A DNA stretch of 57,980 nt, filler included, from Dirinaria sp. TL-2023a (taxonomy: Eukaryota): the NCBI GenBank assembly GCA_051941275.1. It is 5 parts of 5 records of this genome, joined end to end, with 100 filler letters (N's around TTAATTAATTAA, not from the genome) between each part and the next. Parts side by side here need not be neighbours in the genome. Positions count along the whole stretch, not along the records: positions 1 to 11,529 come from JAVEBF010000837.1; 4 more parts are not named here. One strand, given 5' to 3'. The notes under the pieces were generated by a model that was not told the DNA's origin, did no database searches, and worked only from the letters and a program-made list of their open reading frames with translations. Below are positions 1 through 11,629 of this stretch, in pieces (within the stretch, counting starts at the first letter, position 1; each line of letters starts with the position of its first letter). The position numbers were made by a program, and so were the translations under genes.

Positions 1-442
1 CTACAGTCTTTAAGAAAAAAATTTTTTTTTTCTTTTGGAGGACAATAATGGAAGATTAGGGTATGATAATCCATGGGTGTTAGACATTTAATACCCTATA
101 GATCCATGCACCTTCTCCTCTCCGCCTACCTCTTTCCGCAATCTCTATCTCCTACAGATCAAGATTCCGCATCGAACAACCCTTTCCTTTCAAAGAACCA
201 CCAGCTCGTCACCGCCTCCGCCGCCCGCCACGAGCGCGCACTTGACTCGCCGAATCATTTGGCCACACCGTAGAACGCATACTAAAGCATCTCATCAGCC
301 CTCTCTCCATAACCACCAAATCTAATAATTAAAAGTGGGTTCTTACAGTACTGCTTACCCCTGCCGCGGGGAACGATGGGGGAAGGCGCCGTATCTGCTG
401 AAGGTTTAGTATTCTGTATATTGTGAAGCGCTTGAAGTGGGC

Positions 443-1171
443 TTACGGGTAATGGTGTGTAGGTGGGGGGGCACGAATGGTGCGCTGGCTGGAGCTGGAA
501 ATCTGGGTTTGTGGGGCTAGGAACTGGGTGGTGCTGGATTGGGGTTGGTGAGGGTGTGCTCTATGGTGACCGGTGTGAGAGCTGGATTGAGGATGCGGTC
601 TGCCTTGTGCGGCTAGGAAACGGGAAACGTTTGATTGTGGGCGCTGAGTATGGGTCGCCGAACGGCTGAACTGCCTAGATGGCCTGCCCATCCTCGAAAC
701 TTGGCCAGATTGCGCTTCGAGGTACCGCTGTACGTTCGAGGTAGGAGGAAGAGCGCCCGCCGACGGTACTCCAGATCGACGACTAACCTGCGACGCCGGC
801 TTCGGGGCATCGATCATGAGCGGTTCTGCAGCACTCGTGACAGGGGCAACGCCACCGTTCCGCTCGATCTGTCGACCGAGTTCGATTGATTGCTGTTGCA
901 GTTGTTGAAGGTCTGCGGCTTCCTGAATACCTGCCTTCTTGCCCTCTTCGAAGCCTTCGGCTCTGGCCTCCTTAGCCACGCGAGCTTTGGCAGCGCGAAG
1001 GACTCGCTTTGAATGTTGAGCCTGCGCATAGTTTCGCCCTCGTTCATGGTAGAGAGCTTCGGATAGGTGGCAGTTCTCCATTTGAGTCTGCATGTCGTTG
1101 TACGAGTATGAGGTGATGGGGTAGTCGTAGTAGGGGCGGATAGTGACGTTGGTTGTTTTGTTGAATACCAT
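443..1171 (-). CDS. Hypothetical low-complexity protein (242 aa; Q/S/R/P/H-rich with a short coiled-coil)
   Basis: Intronless ATG-TAA ORF with an A/C-rich leader typical of fungal 5' UTRs. Contains a helical segment (AKARVAKEARAEGFEEGKKAGIQE). No family recognised. Confidence 0.5.
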   Translation of the reverse strand: MVFNKTTNVTIRPYYDYPITSYSYNDMQTQMENCHLSEALYHERGRNYAQAQHSKRVLRAAKARVAKEARAEGFEEGKKAGIQEAADLQQLQQQSIELGRQIERNGGVAPVTSAAEPLMIDAPKPASQVSRRSGVPSAGALPPTSNVQRYLEAQSGQVSRMGRPSRQFSRSATHTQRPQSNVSRFLAAQGRPHPQSSSHTGHHRAHPHQPQSSTTQFLAPQTQISSSSQRTIRAPPPTHHYP

Positions 1172-2753
1172 TTTGGGTATTTTGAGAGTGGTGATGGATT
1201 AGGTTGGTAGATGAAGATCTTGGAATGAAGTTCCGGTATTTTGAAGTTTTTTGTGAGGGTATTCGAGAGTGTGAAAGAATTAATGGAGTTAGGGAAAGAA
1301 GCAGAAGGAAGGAGGAGTAACGAAATAAATAGGGACCTTTGACCAATGTTTGAACTCGCTTGAGTTAATCCAAGTGATATAAAATGAGGGGGGCGCTGGT
1401 TTTGCTGATCTCGACACTGGAGTGATAAGCAGAAAAGTGTTCGCAAAATTTGAGAATATTTAGTATACGTCTTGTGTTGCTCGATATCAGCACACGAGTG
1501 CCAGGAATAATACCGCAAAGACTCTGCAGCGTCATTGCCAAGCGTCTCATCTTTTCAAAGAAATCCATGAACATTCAGTAATGCCGTCTCCCCGCTTCAT
1601 CAAGAAGAGATATGAGCAATTCTAGTAATCTAGCATTTAATAGATATGTGGAATTAGAGATCGAAGTGTGATTGGTGAAATTATGCTGTGGAAGTTTTCG
1701 ACTTGCCGGAGCCAGCTGTCATACAAGCTTTCGACGCATCTAAATGCTGAGAATGGCGTCTATGTCCATTTCATATCGAGGCGCGGAGATGATGCCTCCC
1801 CAAAAAGGTCGTAGCTCCACCATCAGCTACACTAGACTCTTCCGAACTAATAATATGGGAGAAAAGCAATAAGTATAGGCTGTGGATCAGGGGAAACGAC
1901 CAATAATCAAGAATGCACCCTTTCAAACTCATCTGGAATAGTAGGACGAAGAATGTGGGCCCAAAAGAAATTCGTGCAGATATGGACCATGGAGCAGCCC
2001 AGTAGAGAAGCCAAAGTCATACTGTGAACTCAAATCGCAGCGGCTTTGTACTGTTCCACATACTTGAAACCTCGGTCACCCACATGCAGCGGATCGCCGA
2101 CTGCAAGTTAAGAGATGAGGTTCAAATTCGCGTACAGCAGCACGCTGATGCAATAAGGGGATGAAATATATCTAGGTCATAAGTCAGATATATATAGGCA
2201 GGCATCTGGTGTTTGCCTACATGACTGCCGTACTAGCAAACATGATGAAAGAAATCAAAAGAACCTACGAAATGGCATCATAGTGGTAAGCATCATGAGC
2301 CGGACATACCATGGAGTTATCCTGGCTGTCTCATAAACTGGTGTAAGTCGTAGCACCGGCCTCCCAAAACGCCCTATGTTTTTGCACCTTGGTGCTTCAA
2401 TTATAATTTGCATCGAAATCACATACAAAGATACTTGAGCAGTTTCGACTTGGCCTCTTTATTGTCTTGCCTCGAGTATACATCTCGGAAGACCGACCAG
2501 CCATTCTTAGCCGAGCAATCCGATACGGACACTGATCATCTCCACAAAGGTAATGAAGATACTTATTGAAAGTCTTTGCAAATATTGAGAGAGCGTCGAT
2601 CGCTTGAATCACAATCCGTAGCGAAAACACAAATCAGAATTCATTCCCGAGCCAAATCGGAGATTGCGCAATAAGATGATACTTTTATTCATAGTTCCGA
2701 AGAATGTGCCAAGATACCGTGAGCTTGTCCACAAAAAAGGGTTAAATGTAACC

Positions 2754-4089
2754 TTAGTACGGTGCCTGCTTTGGGGGCGAATCGATAAGGGCAGCCATTT
2801 GATATTGCTGATTATTCTTCGCCGTTAGACCCAGATGATAAGGCTGATCCCCTCTGAAGTTGAACAAAAAGTCCATAGGAAACTGAGGATCCAGTGGGCA
2901 TGCTTCATGAATCGCCCTGATATCTTCTAAAGATAGTTTCAGTCTCAATGACTCTGGCATGGCTTTAACGTGTTCAACATTTTGGACGCCAACGATCGGT
3001 ACTACATACGGAGATTGGGAGAAGAGGTAGGCAAGGGCCTGTTTTCAGTCAGCAAGCCGTAAATTTGTAAAGTAAATCATTTTGTGCGCGGGTAACTTGC
3101 TATAGCTTGTAATGTTGTATGCTTTTCCTTTGCAATCTCTTCGAGAACTACTGAGACACGAATTTGATGTTCGCTGATCGCTTTGCTTCTTGACGCAGCT
3201 TTAGGGTCGTCAAGCTTCTTTCGTTGTTCAGCCGAAAGAAGCTGACCGCCACCCAAAGCGGCCCAAGGCACGATAGCCATGCCTTGATCCTGGCACATAG
3301 GTATGATTTCCGCTTCCATATCGCGATAGGCAGCGTTCCATTTGCCTTGATAAATGGAAAACTGCGTCAAACCATTGGCTGCTGCGACTGCGTGACTGTC
3401 AGTGGCTCTGACGAAATAAGGAATATGCTATCATTCAACTGTATATCACGTACATGCATTTGCCTTGACAACGACCCAGGCCGGCGTATTCGAGACTCCG
3501 AGATAAAGCACATGTCTTGCCATTACCAAAGCGTGAAGATGATGCATGACTTCTTCGACGGATGTCCCAAAATCCCACCTAAAGGATTGCGGCTCAGTAC
3601 ACGCCCAAGCGCTCTCTCAATTATGGGTAGAGGAGATTACCAGTGCACATAAAGTATGTCAATGTAGTCAGTCCGCAGTTTTTTCAAGCTATCCCTTACA
3701 GATATGTGCATGCTCTTTGCCGAATTCCCGGTATAATTGCTCTGAAAAGGCAGTGATTTTTCGTCATAATACTTGTAGCCTGCGGTGTATTTCGTTGCTA
3801 GGACCATTTGATCTCGGACACCTCTTTTTTCCATCCATTCTCCTATCAGCCGTTCCGAATCTTCGGAGTTGTAGGTGTTGCTCGTGTCAATGAAATTACC
3901 TCCTAACTCAATGTACGTGTCAAGAAGGGAGAAAGGAGACTCGTTCTGGCCAAAAATGGCTTCCCAGGAGCTGCCAATACTGATGCCACCGAGACATATC
4001 GGAGACACTTTGACAGAAGCTTTGGGGGAGAGGATGCGATGAAGGCCTAAAGGTGTCTTTGGGGATGATGCCGGCCCAAAAAAAGCCAT
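2754..4089 (-). CDS. Aldo-keto reductase, aryl-alcohol dehydrogenase / norsolorinic acid reductase-like (4 exons)
   Basis: Motifs [55 protein letters not shown] and [10 protein letters not shown], joined across three introns. The last intron (3039-3100) is GC-AG and keeps the frame. Confidence 0.92.
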
Positions 4090-5021
4090 TGCGAACGTGG
4101 CTGAGGAGGTAATGTTGTCAAGGCTTCTCGACCAGTAAAGACAGTCAATAATAAAGTCTTTCTTAAGTTGACTGATCACTGCGTCAAAGGATGCAAGAGT
4201 CTATTAGTATGGCATTTTATTTGCGAAGAAAATAAATTGTCGCACTAAAATTCGGTTTTTATTTAGCCGCCAACTAACTGCTCCCTCTTGAAGGCCGACT
4301 ACCTACTTACAAGAAATTTCTGGTTCGTTCCACTCACTGCAACCACTTAAAAACTGCATGGTAATTACATGACAGATAGTTGCGCATGTTGGGATAATTT
4401 CAAGTTCTGAAGCCTTGTCCCAAAGTCGCCAGAATTTTTCAAAAGAAGGGTAATTTTCAATGTGACAACTCATTCTTACCCCGCCTCACCTGCGAAGGAG
4501 AGTTAAAGATTCGGCGTTTCTTCGGATCTGTTTGCTTTGACTGACCCCGAGGTAAAGCCGTATATAAGTGCTAATCAAATATGAAAGTGCGCCGCAGTAG
4601 TGTATCGTTCTCTCAGGTATTTAATGTCATCATTTTCAACGTTCTCATCGTCGTCATAAATCGACAACGACGACGTCAGATGCTGCTACTTCTTCTGCTA
4701 ATGCTTCTACATCCACGATTTAGAAAACGCCTCTCAGGGTTTACCAATAGCCCTCGGATAATGTGAGCTCGATTGAGCTAAAAGATCAGCCCTGAAGATA
4801 TCGAGCTGCTTCATATTATTCCAAGCTAATTTTAATCTAATCGAGTTCTTTCTACCTTCTATATTAGATTCTAGGCGTTTAAGACGTTCTAGATATTTAG
4901 TCTAGCTTGAGTGACTTAATCGCAGTGATTGCACGAAAAGTTTAATGAATTTCGAGATAAGCGAGGGTGAACCCGCAATACAATTCTCCCAAAGCCAACC
5001 AGATGATGAATCCTTCTATGT

Positions 5022-5845
5022 CTATTTTCCAATAGTCAAAAACAACCTGTCCCCCACATCTCCAATCCCTGGCTTAATCATCCCCCGATCATTGACCTCC
5101 TCATCAATGCCCCCCACCCAGATCTCCACGACCTGTTCTCCATCACCTCTTTCCGCCGCTGCCCTCAGCAGCCCTGGTCTACTGCCCAGCACCGCAATCA
5201 ACAGTACCTTCTTCACGCCCCATTCAAATAGTGTCTGTATCGCCGCTACTGACGTGCCACCAGTGGCAATAAGTGGGTCGACCAGGATCGCCAGCTCAGG
5301 CACAGAGGAGAGTTGGTTGGGGCGGTGGTAGGGCAGGTTGTTATAGTACTCGACTGGCTGGAGGGAGACGGGTTCGCGGAAGAGACCGAGGTGGTGGACG
5401 GGAACGGAAGAGGGAAGGATGGTTTGGAGCGCTAGATCAGGGAATTCAGCTCATGCCTCCACTGTTGGACAGGAAGATCATTTACCTTCAACCATGGCCA
5501 ACCCAGAGCGTAGGATCGGCACGAGGGCGATCCGCGGACTTATTCTTTCCACGGCGTAAGTGTACCCTATTGGAGTCTCATCCTAAAAGCAAGCATCCTT
5601 CTTAGCATTTTGCTCTACTTTTAAATGGGATTGGCGAACATGCTTTATGAGAGGCTCACTGTACCGCTTGATGTAGTTTGCAGGCTAGAAGCTAGGGCTT
5701 CGCATCCGATGATGAGCGCGATCTCATGTACCAAAGCTTTCGTCTCCCGTGCATTGGTTGTTTTGGAGCGAATTTGTGAAAGCTTCGCTCGTAGACAGGG
5801 ATGAGTTGAGGCATGGATATTGGACGGAAGAGTTGTAGTGGACAT
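5022..5845 (-). CDS. FUR1: Uracil phosphoribosyltransferase (3 exons)
   Basis: HPCLRAKLSQIR, VPILRSGLAMVE, HHLGLFRE, PRPP-binding ILVDPLIATGGT and C-terminal IKPGIGDVGDRLF. Two GT-AG introns. Confidence 0.93.
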
Positions 5846-7042
5846 GCTGCGCAGCTTCCGGCTCGTGGATAGGAAGGTTATTTTTGCACTCGAGAGACTG
5901 CCCTGATATCTGTGACATTGCAGAATCGGTGGTGTTTGATTTTCATTGTGAGATCGGACAGTAATTGCTCGCCGAACCCGGTTAGTGCCGCTAATCCGCC
6001 GGGGCTCGGTAGGGCTGACAGGTCTTGGCCCAGCTTTTCATTTCTACGTAAGGTATCTTCCCCCTGTACGAGTGGTCACAGCTACTTTGCGCCACAGTCC
6101 TCATCGTTCAGTGGTCTGTATAGCCATCGTGAGTTCGTCTGTCCATCTGCGTCATTATGGATGTTTTGATAATACCACATCAATCTGCTTCGACAGCAGT
6201 CATCATCCACAATCCTGCATCTCATCTACAACTTCCGCTGAAATTGAAGTGCTACTAACGTTTCAAAAGGACATGATGCATGTCTATATGTCTACCTTAT
6301 GGGTCTCATCGACTCTGGGCCTCAATTCGTCAGCATTTAAAAGCCCCTCTACATACATATAAGTAAGACATCGAGGTCACATATTCCAGAGCTATCTATA
6401 CCGCTATTTACATCTCGTGCCTTGACGGCAGGGACAGTGAGCATCATGGAGGTCGAAAAGTTGAGCTGCAAAGTGAAACAGACGGGATCATCAAGCAGAC
6501 CAAAGAAGCCGATAAGGGTTTTCTTGTATCCCTCCAGTTGCCACCGCAAGAAATACCAGTTAGCAACCGAATCCTAATCCGAATCAGTTGGGATATATTA
6601 CTACAAGGACCATGACGTCTAACTCATTTAGCTGAAACTGCGGTCATGAGAGACATTGTTCATTCCTTGGCATCCAGACCTTCCTTGATGGCCGACCATC
6701 CCATATGCAAGCCGCCGAACACACAGCAAACTTCTTCTGCTTTTCCGACGGCCTCGTAATTTGATTTGCGGATTCATGCATCGACACTCGATTCGATAGG
6801 CTAGATGTCATAGTAATCTCGTCGGTTATTGCCTACACGGTCCATTCGTGTAGCACCGTACTTCATGCGGTAGGCAAGCATGCTCAGCAATGTTGAGGGC
6901 GGGGAATCAATATAGTTAGATTATCTAGTACAGGACTTTCTAGTCTGCTCCAATTCTCCTTTTCTCTTTGAGGTTATCTTCGTTCTGTCTAGATTATCTG
7001 TTTCCTTGATAGTGAGATTATTCGCTCTACTACGCTTTCACA

Positions 7043-8435
7043 ATGTCGACTCTTAGACATCTGCTCGCTTCATTCACCGTATTCTTAAGTTTTGCCGGGT
7101 TCTGCTCCGCGCAGCCTGCCTTGACGACGACTCTCACGCCAACTAGTTTCTCCTTCTCCTCTTTCCAGAGCACAACCAGTAATGAGATACAGACGCATAC
7201 GATCAATGTTGGAAAGGTAGCTGTTCCTATCACAGTATATATACATAAGGCCAAGGGGACTGACTAGACTTTCCTGGACTAGGAAAGTTATCAGTACTCG
7301 CCGGACACTGTTTCTGCAGCTGTTGGGGATGTCATTGGTACAGCTCGCCGTGGAGAACAACAACAAATTACATACCTAATTGAACTTCTACACAGAGTTC
7401 CAATTTTTTCCTCCGAATCATTCCGTCGCCCGTGCCCAATACGGGTACCCTTGCGTACCATACGAGAGCACAGGGACCGATAAGGTCGGCTTTTACTCCG
7501 GCTTTTACTCTGTGACTGAAAACCTAGACAATGTAAGTCGTGAAAGATGTATACAAGATACAGTACTGATAATTTTTTGACAGCCCCCCCGGTGGAATCT
7601 TACGATCAACGATACGAATCCCATTTTCTTCTATTGTGCACTCAAAACCTCATGCATCGATAATGCCATGGTCGGCGTCATCAACCCGGTACATAATACC
7701 GCCACAATTGGAGAACTATTTGCTTACTCTACGCAGAATAGCTCGGAATCACTACTGAATCAGCAGGAGGAAGCGCGCAAAGCTAGTTTTGTAGTAGTCC
7801 CCGGCGGGAGATTCCCAACAGGCGAAACGCCAGCCTCCATTCCTGCAATGGCGACTGGAAATACGAATTCGTTCACTTCGTTCACTTCTATCACCTCACC
7901 ACCGTCGTCGTCGGACACTGCTACTGCATCATATTATCCCCCAAGGTCTTCGTCGGGCCAAGGACTTTCGGATGGGGCAATAGCAGGTATTGTCATCGGT
8001 GGCGTGGTCGGACTAAGCCTTGTTGGTGTTCTCATCTTCTGTCTCGGCCGCAACAGAACAGAGCTCAAGTTCTTACGACGTGATCTTCACACTCGGAATC
8101 GTCGGATTGCGCCCCCAAATATGACCGTTCAATTCGACAACCTGCCTCCCACGAGTCCGAGTATGCGTTACGACCCAGATGATCCTAGATTCGGCGAACA
8201 CCAATCTGACTATGTTCCACCGTACGTCAAATATCCAGATTCTCCAACACCACAGACTCCGGAGCTAGCGTCAACCGAAGTGGTAAACTCGAGACCACGC
8301 AGCCCTCGGAATCATGGCGGTGAGAAAAAGCGGGATACCGCTTCGCCCCGGCCAATGGAGCTCATGGAGAGTATAGCGCCAGAAGTTGGGTACGACAACC
8401 TCTCAGGCAACGAAGTTCCTGGAAGATCGGGATGA
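7043..8435 (+). CDS. Type-I membrane/extracellular Ser/Thr-rich protein with cupredoxin-like N-terminal domain (multi-exon)
   Basis: Signal peptide, then THTINVGK, FQFFPPNHSVARA, YGYPCVPYE and PIFFYC...SCIDNAMVGVINP across short introns. An S/T-rich stalk leads to TM helix GAIAGIVIGGVVGLSLVGVLIFCL and a Pro-rich cytoplasmic tail. Confidence 0.8.
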
Positions 8436-9982
8436 GAAGGGAGCCAGGCTTGATCGGTACGATGGCGTAAAGCGCACTTGTTTGATCACTCATCATTTGT
8501 CGCCGGGCAATCAAACTCGTTGCAATCCCCGCTTTTACATTCTACCTCATCATCGATGTTGCCGATGATTTCAATCGATTCTATCATCGGAATTGCATTA
8601 ATATCTAATATGGTAATATGTATGATCGTTAGCTCTGAAAGCTTGTTGCTGGGGTCACTGGTTTCATTTGGTTTCCCAGAATGCAGAACATTCCCGTTTA
8701 GATGTCTTTATTCAATCATAAATCAATGCGTCAAGTCTGTTTCAAGATTCAGTTGCGTTAGCCTGAATGCCAACTTGTATCTAAACGAGCAGTAAACCCT
8801 CAGTGCACCTCGCTCAAGACCAAAAGGTAAGGTTCTCTACCTCTCTTTCCAGTCACGACCCCAAATCAGCTCCACTCCTCTACCTCACTGAAGGTACCGA
8901 TCCCCCTGAGTACCATCTCTATGCTTCCGATAAAGTCCATTCCGATCCTAAGGTATCCTTTACGCATCTCTCGTCTCCACCCATCCATAGCTTGGTGATC
9001 TTGGAATAGTCATCGCTTTCCGCATAGTCCTAGTTATAAAATCTTGGCGCTGCTTCTCCAATATACTTTAGATGCAGGTTCCCTTTCTCATCATCCTGGT
9101 AATGATGCGGTTCGTCTTACTGGAGCCCGTAATCGTACGGATTCACCTTGGGGCGTTAGTCTTGAGAGTGGGCGAGCCATTTGCAAGGGGAGTGGTTCGG
9201 GCGAGACTGAGCGAGCGCAACCCATTATCAGATGAAGAGATGGGGGATTGCTTACTGAGGCTCTCATCACTCATGACTCGCACAGCAGGCTCATCACGTG
9301 GAGGGATAGACACTCTAAGGCGGTGATAGATATGACTGGGCCGTACGATCACTTGTGGGACGGACAAAGAAAACACAAAGCCATTTTTTAGCACGATGGC
9401 TTTGTTTGAGAAAGGGTCCACACCTGAAAGTGAAAGGGGTAGTAGGAGCGGTATTGAGGGACAGGAATCAATTCTTGTTTCGCCACTTCATTCTCGTTCC
9501 AGTCTTTAAAGGAGGCTGATATCTAGTAATGCTTGCTATGTCAGAGAAAAAGTTCGTGCACAGCCATCTTCGTTCTCGACGATTGAGGGACCCCGCTGGA
9601 GATTGTAAAGCCATATTTCTCTGGGCCATGTTGAACACAACCTTCTGTCCCTAAAAGTGCCGATTGTCTCAGCTCGATCTATCCATCAGCCAGTACCTTT
9701 ATCCAAAGCGTTTGAATGTATCGTCAATCTGAGAACTATTCGAGGCTTTGATGAGATACATAGACGTTCAAATGCCTTACTAGAGCATTCGATGACTTAC
9801 GATCCATTTACTCGAACATCCCACAAGTACCATGTCCGCACGTGACTGTTCAATTAGGGTTAACGTCCTAGGGCTGTCGTGGAAGTCAACCTCAATCTTC
9901 AGACGAGGCACACATCATTCTTTCTTTTCACTGGAGTAAGGACCTACCGCCTCTGTCATTTCCACTTCTTCAGAAGCTCAAT

Positions 9983-10939
9983 ATGCCTCACAAGCACACC
10001 CGTCGCGGTAAAGACCCTTCTACGTACGACCTGCCACCCACAGCCCACGCTCGGCCTCTTCCAACGTACAAAGCCAAACCCAAATCCACGACCCGAATAT
10101 CTAAATCCTCTTCTAAAGCTTCCAAAGCTTCGATATCTCCCCACACTCGTTCTGTAGAACCCACATACCTTTTGAACGACACGCCTCGCGCATTCGCCCG
10201 TCTCCTACGTCCACCTCCGCCTCCACGAGCAGGGCTCGATGATGGCGCTTCTCGCGCACGCAAAAAACGCAAAGCCAACCCGCCAGAGTCCGCTTCTCAT
10301 AGCACAGCCACGCGTCCTTCTACCGCAGGAACTCAGGCGACGGCGCCACAAATTCAGCCCGGAGAGTCTCTTTCCAACTTCTCAGCGCGCGTAGATGCTT
10401 CGTTGCCTGTTTCTGGTCTCGCCGCTAAGGGGAAACGGATAAAAGGAGCTGTTGAGAGGCAGACAAAGACAGAACGCAAGATGCAGCGCATGGTACGGGA
10501 ATGGCGGGCTGAGGAGGAGAAACGGCGGCAACGGAGACAGGAGGCGGTTGAAGAGCAGGAAGATTACGAAAGCGAAAACGAGGACGGGCATGCAGAAGCC
10601 GCAAATGGGAAGAAGAAGGGGAAGAAGAGGAGGATCAGAAAAGGAGCCAGTGATGAGGATATATGGGCGCATATTGCACCCAAACATTCGTCGGCCGATC
10701 GAGATGGAGGGAAGGAGGTAGGGGCAGGGTTGGTGGGGTTGCATGATGTAGTTGAAGCGCCTCCGAGATTTGCGAAGGCGCCAAGGGAAAAATTTCGGGT
10801 GTCATTTGAGGGGGGACCGAAGAAGGGAGGCATAGGGCTGAAGCGACAGGCCGAACTAGGAGAGGCGAGGAGAGAGGTCATTGGTGCTTATAGGGCTTTG
10901 ATGAAAGAGAAAGGGAGGACTGAAAAGAGTGTTGGTTGA
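9983..10939 (+). CDS. Conserved basic fungal protein of unknown function (MPHKH-start family, possibly CCDC137-like)
   Basis: Intronless 318-aa ORF with family-like motifs MPHKH, DTPRAFARL, IQPGESLSNFSARVD, LHDVVEAPP and RREVIGAYRALM. K/R-rich NLS-like stretches. Confidence 0.8.
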   Translation: MPHKHTRRGKDPSTYDLPPTAHARPLPTYKAKPKSTTRISKSSSKASKASISPHTRSVEPTYLLNDTPRAFARLLRPPPPPRAGLDDGASRARKKRKANPPESASHSTATRPSTAGTQATAPQIQPGESLSNFSARVDASLPVSGLAAKGKRIKGAVERQTKTERKMQRMVREWRAEEEKRRQRRQEAVEEQEDYESENEDGHAEAANGKKKGKKRRIRKGASDEDIWAHIAPKHSSADRDGGKEVGAGLVGLHDVVEAPPRFAKAPREKFRVSFEGGPKKGGIGLKRQAELGEARREVIGAYRALMKEKGRTEKSVG

Positions 10940-11529
10940 ATGGTTGAATTGAGCAGCTTGTATCAGTGGACGACTCATACTGAAGTTATTAACTAAGTGC
11001 AGCGTTTTAAGTGAGCTCGAGACGGCACTTCCGCCAGAAACCTACATTCATTTGGGAATCAGGACAACGAAGGTTTTTTATTTCCAGACGGTGGAGGAAT
11101 TTGAAGATCCGATTATTTGGGCTCGACAATTCGTGAGCCCTCCTAGTGATTCGACAACGCCCGGCTTCTAAAAATTCGTTCACCCAAGTGTCATGGAGCC
11201 ATGGAGTCTGCACGTCTTGTTTGGCTTCAACTTCTCCTGACTTCTACTCAGCGCTGTTGGGTGAGTCGAAGCACAGCATTCACTCAGAGAAATGCGAAGG
11301 CATCTTCACGAAGAAACCGTTTAACGGTGTGACAAAAACGTATGACTGGGTATAGCTTTGGTGATGCAAAGACATATCCTAAAGAGCCTGGAGTATACCA
11401 TCGCTGATTCTATGAATGTAAGTTAAAGCCCCCTATTCGTTGGATCTATGCGTGAGGATTATCGCTTTTCCACAGTCTGCTTTCATTTTCTCCACAAAAA
11501 GCAGAAATAGTAGTGAAATATCCCTATTC

Positions 11530-11629
11530 NNNNNNNNNNNNNNNNNNNNNNNNNNNNNNNNNNNNNNNNNNNNTTAATTAATTAANNNNNNNNNNNNNNN
11601 NNNNNNNNNNNNNNNNNNNNNNNNNNNNN
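11530..11629. other. Assembly gap (100-nt N spacer with TTAATTAATTAA six-frame-stop linker)
   Basis: N run with central TTAATTAATTAA. The same design occurs at four places in the window. Confidence 0.98.

Noticed and set aside
8800..9421. Possible minus-strand pseudogene
   Set aside because: Stop density is close to random and no domain is recognisable.
11574..11585. TTAATTAATTAA palindrome repeated four times in the window
   Set aside because: It always sits in the middle of a 100-nt N spacer, so it is an artificial scaffolding linker. ORF ends at these points are artefacts.
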